This document shows, one piece after another, positions 57,876-64,000 of a DNA stretch of 64,000 nucleotides. Position 1 is the stretch's first letter, and the number at the start of each line of letters is the position of its first letter. The translations under genes were made by a program, and so were the position numbers. This DNA comes from Methyloversatilis sp. Lineage in GTDB: Bacteria > Pseudomonadota > Gammaproteobacteria > Burkholderiales > Rhodocyclaceae. The stretch spans positions 3,028-67,027 of the forward strand of contig NZ_JAUYNV010000014.1 in assembly GCF_030698125.1 (NCBI RefSeq), given 5' to 3'. Below the pieces are notes generated by a model. It saw only the letters and a program-made list of their open reading frames with translations, was not told the DNA's origin and made no database searches.

Positions 57876-57993
57876 CCCAAGTCCCGAAATCCGCGGACTG
57901 TGCAGCGCTGCCATGTGTCTGTCGCACGGCGGCCTTATCATGCGCTGTCCCGAAACCGGTCTGTCGCGCGGTCTGGCGCGTCATCCTCCCGAC

Positions 57994-58689
57994 ATGAGTT
58001 CCACGATCACTCCGCGCCGTGCCGCGCTGGCGCGCATCCTGCCGTTCGCGCTCTACATCCTGTTCCTCGTCATCGCCGCACCGCTCGCCGGGGCGCTCGA
58101 CGTCGACCCGCGCTGGATGTATGCGTTGCAGATCGCTTGCGTGATCGCTGCGCTGGCAGTGTTCAGCCGCGACTACATCGAGCTGCGAGCCGTCGCACCG
58201 GCTGCACCGTCATCCCTGTCCGGTGTGTCCGCGTGGCTGCTTGCTGTGGCGCTGGGCGTCGCAGTCTGGGCGCTGTGGATCTGGCTCGATTTTGCGCCCT
58301 TCGCATTCAAGCCGGGCGAGGGCTACAAGCCGCTCGACGACGCCGGCGCGCTGATCATGGCGCTGGTCGTCATCCGCATCTTCGGTGCCGCGGTCGTCGT
58401 GCCCATCATGGAAGAGCTGTTCTGGCGCTCTTTCATCATGCGCTGGCTCGACAACCCGAACTTCCTGACCGTCGCGGCGCAGTCGGTTACGCTGCGCAGT
58501 GTGCTGTTCAGTTCGATTGCGTTCGGCTTCGAGCACGGCCAGTGGGCGGCCGGCATCGTCGCCGGTCTGGTCTATGGCTGGCTGTATCGCGCCACCGGGC
58601 GCCTGTGGCTGCCCATCGTTTCGCACGGCGTGACCAACCTTCTGCTCGGCCTGTGGGTCATCCACTCCGGCCAGTGGCAGTTCTGGTGA
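57994..58689 (+). CDS. CPBP (CAAX-protease-like) intramembrane glutamic endopeptidase
   Basis: Trimmed to ATG 57994. Motifs: EELFWRSF (EExxxR), FGFEHGQ (FxxxH) and SHGVTNLL (HxxxN). About 6 TM helices. Confidence 0.75.
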   Translation: MSSTITPRRAALARILPFALYILFLVIAAPLAGALDVDPRWMYALQIACVIAALAVFSRDYIELRAVAPAAPSSLSGVSAWLLAVALGVAVWALWIWLDFAPFAFKPGEGYKPLDDAGALIMALVVIRIFGAAVVVPIMEELFWRSFIMRWLDNPNFLTVAAQSVTLRSVLFSSIAFGFEHGQWAAGIVAGLVYGWLYRATGRLWLPIVSHGVTNLLLGLWVIHSGQWQFW

Positions 58690-58755
58690 CGCGCGCCGGG
58701 TCAAGCCGGGCGGCTTTGCGACCGTTAAAGGAGAACTGTCCCTGGATGTTCCCGG

Positions 58756-59478
58756 ATGCCGGCCGCCACAAACCCGTCAATATCGCTGTCCCGCCGCCTG
58801 CCTCGCGCGCGCGGCTGGGTCGCGTGTGCGCTCGTGGCGGTCACGGCCGTCGGCGCAGCGCAGGCCACGGCCTTCACCTATCAGGGCTATCTGCTGGTCG
58901 TGCGCGCTGAACTGCAACAGCGCATGGACGCGCGATTCGGCAGCAAGGCAGGGCCGCGCATGGCGGAACTGGCCGAATCGCTGAACGCTGCCGGCCTCAT
59001 CGCCGACGAGGCACTGCGCGTCGAACGCATCAACCAGATCGCCAACCGGGCGCGTTACGTGACCGACCCGGTGCTCTGGAAATCGGAAGACTACTGGGCG
59101 ACGCCGGTCGAGTTCGCTGCGGTCGCCGCCGGCGACTGCGAAGACTACGCGCTGGCCAAATACTTCGCGTTGCGCGAACTGGGCATGCCGGCCGAAAAGC
59201 TGCGCATCACTTATGTGCGTCTGCTGCGCGAAGGCCGTCTGGAAAACCACATGGTGCTTGCCTACTATCCGGAACCCGGCGCCGAGCCGTGGGTGATGGA
59301 CAATCTCGAAAAGCGCTTCATGCCGGCTGCCGAGCGGCCCGACCTGACGCCGGTGTACAGCTTCAACGATGACCGCGTCTGGAAGGTGCAAGGCGGTGGC
59401 GACCGCGAACTGGGTTCGCCGCAGCAACTGCGCAAGTGGCGCGAACTGCTCGACCGCGTGCGTGCGGAGGTGAAGTGA
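58756..59478 (+). CDS. lapG: periplasmic bacterial transglutaminase-like cysteine protease (LapG family)
   Basis: 240 aa with a signal peptide and catalytic Cys in AAGDCEDYALAKYFALRELG. ENHMVLAYY supplies the His and WVMDN the Asp. Confidence 0.75.
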   Translation: MPAATNPSISLSRRLPRARGWVACALVAVTAVGAAQATAFTYQGYLLVVRAELQQRMDARFGSKAGPRMAELAESLNAAGLIADEALRVERINQIANRARYVTDPVLWKSEDYWATPVEFAAVAAGDCEDYALAKYFALRELGMPAEKLRITYVRLLREGRLENHMVLAYYPEPGAEPWVMDNLEKRFMPAAERPDLTPVYSFNDDRVWKVQGGGDRELGSPQQLRKWRELLDRVRAEVK

Positions 59479-61406
59479 TGAACAGTCTGCGCGTGCGTCT
59501 GCTGGCGGCGTTGATCGGCGTCGGTGTGGCGGCTTTCGTCGCGGCCCTGCTGACCGCGCTGTGGGTGTCGCGCGACCGCGTCGAAGCGCAGATGGCCAGT
59601 CAGGCACAGTCGATCGCGCTGTCGCTGACCGTCGCGCTGACCGCTGGTGGCGTACCGTCGCTGCAGAACGCCGAAAGTCTGGTCGAGCCGGTGTTCGACC
59701 AGAGCTATCTGCGGCGCATCGCGGTGCGCGACGCGCAGCAGCGCATCGTTGCCAGCCGCGAAGCACCGGCCCGGCTCGACGGTGGCGCACCGCAGTGGTT
59801 CGTCGACTTGCTGCCGCTGGCCTCCGGCGCCCAGACGGCCGACATCATGGCCGGCTGGCGCATCGCCGGCAGCGTTCTGGTCGAACCGCATCCGCACTGG
59901 GCCTACCTTCAGTTATGGACGGTGGCGCAAACCCTGCTGGTGTGGATGGGCGGCGGGCTGGCGGTGGCCGGCGCGCTCGGTCTGGCCGCGCTGCGCTGGG
60001 GACTCAGGCCGCTGCGTCGCGTCCAGCGCTCGGCCGTGGCGGCCGCTTCGCGCAAATTCATGCCGATCGACGAAGCCCGCGTGCCGACCGAACTGCAGCC
60101 GCTGGTTGGCGCCTTCAACCGCATGCTGGGTGCGCTGGCACAGGCGCTCGACGCCGAATCCTCCCGCGCAGAGCGCTTCCGCGACCAGGCGCTGGTCGAT
60201 GAACTGACGGGGCTGGCCAACCGTCGCGGCTTCCGTGCGGCACTCGAAGCCCGCATCGAAGCCGGTCAGCGCACCGGCTGGCTCGCGTTGCTGCGCATCG
60301 ACGGGCTGGAAGATCTGAATCATCAGTACGGTCGGCAGACGGTTGATGACCTGCTGACCGAATCTGCAAATTACATCCGCGACGCTGCCAATGGCGGCCT
60401 GTGCGGCCGGGTCGAAGGCGCCTGTTTTGCGCTGCTCGTCGATACCACCGAAGCGCCGGCGCGTCAGCTGCTTGCGGCACTGCGCGCGCGGCTGAACGGG
60501 CTGGCGCGTGCCGCCGGCACCGCTGATCCCGCTGCCTGGCGCGGCGGCGCAGCCGATTGCGGCAGCGACGGCGACGCCTCGCGCTGGCTGGCCGCGGCCG
60601 ACCGCGCGCTGCACCTGTGGCTGCCAGGCGACACGCACGAATTCCCGCTCGCGCATGCGCAGGACATCGAATCGGCAGGCGGTGCGGTGCGCGGCATCGT
60701 GCGGGACCTCATCGGGCAAGGGCGCATCGCCTTCGCATCGCAGGCCACGCGCGTGCTCGAGGCCAGCGGTGCAACCCGTGCACTGCACATTGAACTGCGC
60801 GCCGCACTGGATGCGGGCGACCGCTTGATCCGCGCCGCCGAATACATGACTTATGCAGGGGAAGCCCGCGTATCGGCCGCGCTCGACAGCGCCTGCCTGA
60901 TGCGCGCGCTGGAGCACGCGCAGGCGCGACGCGACGGTCTGGCGACGGTGGTCAACGTCAGCGCCGCGGCGCTCAGCGATCCCGACATCCTGCGCTGGGT
61001 CGGCGGCTACCGGCACGATGCACGTCGCGGCAGTTTCATCCTCGAATTTTCCGAAGTCGCCCTGCTCGGTGACCCCGACGCGGCCGAAGCCTTTGCCCAG
61101 CTGGCGCAGTCGCGCGGGCTGGCAATCGGCATCAAGCACTTCGGCCTGCATGCCAACGCACTGAGCCTGTTGCGCCGCCTGCGGCCGCAACACGTGAAGT
61201 TCTCGGTCACGCTGACGCGCGAAGCCCTGCTCAATCCGGATTCGGGCGCCTACGTGTCCTCGCTGACCGGCATCGCGTCCGCGCTGTCCATCCTGCCCGT
61301 CGCGGTCGCGGTGGAACATGCCGAAACGCTGGCTGCACTGCACGCACTGGGCTTCCGGGGCGTTCAGGGCGAGGCGGTGGCGTCGGAAATCCTGCCGGTG
61401 CGCTGA
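59478..61406 (+). CDS. lapD: LapD-like inner-membrane c-di-GMP receptor (periplasmic LapD/MoxY domain, HAMP, degenerate GGDEF and EAL)
   Basis: ATG 59478 overlaps the lapG stop (TGATG). Two TM helices flank a ~130-aa periplasmic part. The GGDEF position reads RVEGACFALL and the EAL position reads ELRAAL, so both are degenerate. Confidence 0.7.
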   Translation: MNSLRVRLLAALIGVGVAAFVAALLTALWVSRDRVEAQMASQAQSIALSLTVALTAGGVPSLQNAESLVEPVFDQSYLRRIAVRDAQQRIVASREAPARLDGGAPQWFVDLLPLASGAQTADIMAGWRIAGSVLVEPHPHWAYLQLWTVAQTLLVWMGGGLAVAGALGLAALRWGLRPLRRVQRSAVAAASRKFMPIDEARVPTELQPLVGAFNRMLGALAQALDAESSRAERFRDQALVDELTGLANRRGFRAALEARIEAGQRTGWLALLRIDGLEDLNHQYGRQTVDDLLTESANYIRDAANGGLCGRVEGACFALLVDTTEAPARQLLAALRARLNGLARAAGTADPAAWRGGAADCGSDGDASRWLAAADRALHLWLPGDTHEFPLAHAQDIESAGGAVRGIVRDLIGQGRIAFASQATRVLEASGATRALHIELRAALDAGDRLIRAAEYMTYAGEARVSAALDSACLMRALEHAQARRDGLATVVNVSAAALSDPDILRWVGGYRHDARRGSFILEFSEVALLGDPDAAEAFAQLAQSRGLAIGIKHFGLHANALSLLRRLRPQHVKFSVTLTREALLNPDSGAYVSSLTGIASALSILPVAVAVEHAETLAALHALGFRGVQGEAVASEILPVR

Positions 61407-61440
61407 TCGCCCGCTGTTGCCGACCTCCCGGCAAGCTGAC

Positions 61441-62184
61441 TCAGTGCAGCGCGAGTACCGAACGGTTGGCCGAGTCGGCCGCCGCCAGCTTCAGATGCAG
61501 CAGCCTCGCCGGCGCACCGACGCGTTCGCACCGGCGTTCAACTCCGAACGGACGGAATCCGAACGCGCGCTGGTAGTAGCGCACATGACGCGGATTCACC
61601 TCGATCACGGCATCGGTCGCGTCCAGCGACACGCGGCCCAGCCGCAGCGCACGGCGGATCATTTCGAACGCGAGATCGATGTCCTGCCCGGCGCGCGCCA
61701 GCACGTCGCGATCGATCGCAAAGCGCGTGTATTCGATCAGCCGGCAGCCCTGCTCGCGCAACGCGCCGACGTGTTCCGCGAAGCCGGTTTCGGCGTGCAG
61801 GCGCTGTGTGACACCGCAGCGCACCGTCACCGTGCCGACCAGGCGGCCGGCCCAGCGCGCCAGCAAGGTTGTTTCACCGGTCGTCGATTCGGGCCGTTGC
61901 GCCGGATATCCACGCCAGCCGTAGCAGCGCTCGACCAGCGCAGCGGCGGCGGTCAGATCAGCCTCGCAGTCGGCGATCGGGAATTCAAAGTCGGCGAAGG
62001 AGGCGCGGTGCGCGGTTTGTGCGAGTGGCGTCGGCAGCGCGGCCTGGATCAGGGTCAGCCGCGGCGCAGGGCGGGCGAACGGAAACGGATGAAAGCGGGT
62101 GTCGTTGGCGGCTTGGTGTGGAATTCGGGGTGTCATCCTGGGGCCTTGTGCGGTGCGATCCGTGCTTTCGCGGGACTGTGTCAT
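61441..62184 (-). CDS. GNAT-fold N-acyl amino acid synthase-like protein (FeeM-like / PEP-CTERM-system-associated acyltransferase type)
   Basis: 247 aa: ...FEFPIADCEADLTAAAALVERCYGWRGY...LVGTVTVR...LIEYTRFAI...VIEVNPRHVRYYQRAFGFRPFG. Family recognised from memory; the start is uncertain. Confidence 0.5.
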   Translation of the reverse strand: MTQSRESTDRTAQGPRMTPRIPHQAANDTRFHPFPFARPAPRLTLIQAALPTPLAQTAHRASFADFEFPIADCEADLTAAAALVERCYGWRGYPAQRPESTTGETTLLARWAGRLVGTVTVRCGVTQRLHAETGFAEHVGALREQGCRLIEYTRFAIDRDVLARAGQDIDLAFEMIRRALRLGRVSLDATDAVIEVNPRHVRYYQRAFGFRPFGVERRCERVGAPARLLHLKLAAADSANRSVLALH

Positions 62185-62263
62185 TCGGCAAACCGGTCCG
62201 CATCCGTGATGCGTGACCTTGCCGAGCCGCGAAGTTAGATGACGCCCGTTGCAATGGCTTGAT

Positions 62264-62275
62264 CGTCACGTGACG
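62264..62275. promoter_or_regulatory. 12-bp perfect palindrome CGTCACGTGACG upstream of the N-acyl synthase-like gene, with extra TGACG half-sites nearby
   Basis: It lies 80-91 nt upstream of the start at 62184. Additional copies: CGTGACG at 62285-62291 and GATGACG at 62238-62244. Confidence 0.3.
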
Positions 62276-62341
62276 GTTTTCTTGCCGTGACGAGTGGTCC
62301 TGCAGTGATCCTGTGCCCCCGTGGCTGCCGCCGGACGTCCG

Positions 62342-63205
62342 CTAATGCAGCGTCGCCGCCACGTCCATCCACATGGTGCCGTCGTCGCCCGTGCGCGCAT
62401 GCAGGCCCATGCTGCCGAGCACGGCGATGATGCGCGTCGTCAGCATGTTCATCTGCAACGCGCGCGCGTCGCCCTCGCCAGCGGCTGCGCCCGCGAGCAG
62501 GGCCGCGATGCGCGGCCATTCGCGGCCGATCAGCGACGCGTCGATCCCGGCTTTCAGCTCGGGTGCGATGTCCGCCGCGCTGCGCTCAAGACCGGCGAGA
62601 TAGCCGAGGCTGAACGCCACGGTCTGCATCAGATGGGTCAGCCGCGCCATCGCCAGGCCGGTGAGCGTGTCCAGATCGCCGTCCGCACGGTAGTCGGCGA
62701 GGGCGCGCCGACTGGCGTCGGGCAGTTCGTCGAGCAGGCGTAGCAGATGCGGCAACAGCAGATCGGCGCCGGCCGGCAGCGACCAGGCGCTGGCGCGATT
62801 GGCGCGGTATTCGTCCAGCATCAGTCGGGCGATCGGTGCGAACTGTACGGTGAGCGCATCGCCTGCTGCCTCGCCTGCGGGTGCCAGCGCCAGCTCGCCG
62901 CGCCACAGCTCGCGATGCAGTGCATGCACGAGCTGCAGCACGTGTTCCGGTTCACCCGCCAGCGACTGTTCGACGAACGGTGCCGACAAGGTGATCGTGA
63001 ATCCACCCGCTTCGTCCTCGCGAGACAGTGGTGGCGCGCTACCGGCCGAACCGGCTGTGTCGTCGCGTAGCACCAACATCCGCAGATGCGCTGCATCGAG
63101 CCCCCGGTCGCGTTCGTAGAGGCGCGCCAGCAACACCGACAGGCTGGTACGCAGCGTTTCGGCACTCATTTCCGGGCGCGAGCATTGCAGTTCGATCAGG
63201 GGCAT
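62342..63205 (-). CDS. hypothetical cytoplasmic protein
   Basis: Trimmed to ATG 63205 (MPLIELQCSRPEMSAETLRTSL...). 287 aa, helical and Ala/Leu-rich, with no recognisable motif. Confidence 0.4.
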   Translation of the reverse strand: MPLIELQCSRPEMSAETLRTSLSVLLARLYERDRGLDAAHLRMLVLRDDTAGSAGSAPPLSREDEAGGFTITLSAPFVEQSLAGEPEHVLQLVHALHRELWRGELALAPAGEAAGDALTVQFAPIARLMLDEYRANRASAWSLPAGADLLLPHLLRLLDELPDASRRALADYRADGDLDTLTGLAMARLTHLMQTVAFSLGYLAGLERSAADIAPELKAGIDASLIGREWPRIAALLAGAAAGEGDARALQMNMLTTRIIAVLGSMGLHARTGDDGTMWMDVAATLH

Positions 63206-63415
63206 GGCTGAAAGCGATTGATTTCCGGGCGCGAAAGCATAGCTGCAGGTCACCCGGGCGTCCAACCGGAAGCGCACCGTGCTCAGCGAGCATCGCGGCG
63301 GGGACGCCGCTCCCACAGGAACAGCTCCCACAAGTTCTGCACCCACGGGTTCGCATGATCATCGTGCGGATCGCGGATAATCGCGGCGGGCGATGACAGA
63401 CGGAACGGGCACGGT

Positions 63416-64000
63416 CATGAAGGCAGGCGGCGGCAAGCGTTGGGCGGGATTGTTCGTGCTGGCGGCCGCGGTCGCGGCGGGGCTGTGGTGGCAGACGACG
63501 CGCAGCCCTGGCGCGCCGATCGCCGCCATTGGCGACGACCCCGACACGCCGTTCGCGGTGCTGCGCTGCGACGCGCGCAGCCGCGACGCGGGACCGGCGC
63601 TGGCGGTCACCTTCAGCCGGCCGCTGGCACGCAAGCTGCCGCTGGGCGAAGTGATGACGGTCACCGATCTGGGTGAGGGCGAAACCAGTCAGGCGAGCCG
63701 CGACGCCAGCGGCAAGGTCGCCGGCAACTGGACTGTCGGCGACAACCCGCGCATCGCCTATTTTTCCGGTGTGCTGCCGAAGCGGCGCTACCGCATCGAT
63801 GTGGCGGTCGGCGTCGCGTCGCGCGCCGGCGATCAGCTCGCCGGCACCCACCAGTGCGAAACCCTGGTCGAAGACATGCCGCCGGCGTTCTTCTTCGCCA
63901 GCCGCGGCACCGTGCTGCCGGCCGGGCAGAACGGCGGCCTGCCGGTGGTCACCATCAACACGCCCGAAGTCGACGTGCAGTTCCTGCGCGTCGAGCCGGC
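63416..64000 (+). CDS. bacterial alpha-2-macroglobulin family protein, N-terminal part (continues beyond the window)
   Basis: Not in the ORF track because it is open to the right edge. My translation from ATG 63416 reads MKAGGGKRWAGLFVLAAAVAAGLWWQTT...FAVLRCDARSRDAGPALAVTFSRPL...PPAFFFASRGTVLPAGQNGGLPVVTINTPEVDVQFLRVEP, which is typical of the YfhM-type N-terminus. Confidence 0.65.

Overview
This is a high-GC, densely coding chromosomal segment. Gene content suggests a betaproteobacterium of the Rhodocyclales type (Aromatoleum/Azoarcus/Thauera-like), but that is inference only because no search was run. I call 55 CDS (two cut by the window edges), one SRP (4.5S) RNA, and a set of promoters, operators and terminators read by eye. 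I found no rRNA, tRNA, CRISPR array, transposase, integrase or phage genes.

Layout:
- 1-5.4 kb: a minus-strand string with a secreted PHP-type enzyme, a PEP-CTERM protein, a PPIase-like protein and two HupE/UreJ metal permeases.
- 6-9.3 kb: a 2OG-oxygenase-like gene coupled to a fused membrane/spermidine-synthase-like protein.
- 9.6-15.7 kb: Cu-ATPase, DUF2189, DUF2788 and a second P-type ATPase.
- 15.8-24.3 kb: a phosphate-scavenging island (PhoX, a phytase-like esterase, a second PhoX-like protein, PEP-CTERM proteins) with Pho-box-like repeats.
- 25.6-31.5 kb: dctRS and dctPQM, a TRAP dicarboxylate transport system.
- 31.7-32.9 kb: an MCP.
- 32.9-47.4 kb: an alcohol/aldehyde oxidation island. 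It holds two PQQ alcohol dehydrogenases (one Ca-type, one lanthanide-type signature), two cytochromes c550, a pentapeptide-repeat protein, a SoxYZ-like Cys carrier plus MBL hydrolase (the 'quinoprotein relay' module), a sigma-54 activator with three -24/-12 promoters, and a tungsten-type aldehyde oxidoreductase operon aorABCDE.
- 47.4-57.9 kb: housekeeping genes (ffs, dnaX-ybaB-recR, CoA-transferase, petABC, sspAB, accA, tilS).
- 58-64 kb: CPBP protease, LapG/LapD-like c-di-GMP proteolysis switch, FeeM-like N-acyl synthase, a hypothetical protein and the start of an alpha-2-macroglobulin.

The best candidate for an undescribed system is the periplasmic SoxYZ-like carrier + MBL hydrolase pair embedded between the two quinoprotein dehydrogenases (36402-38119). 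The runner-up is the repeated pairing of secreted phosphoesterases with small PEP-CTERM proteins.

All functional calls rest on motif and family recognition from the translated ORFs. No database search could be run.
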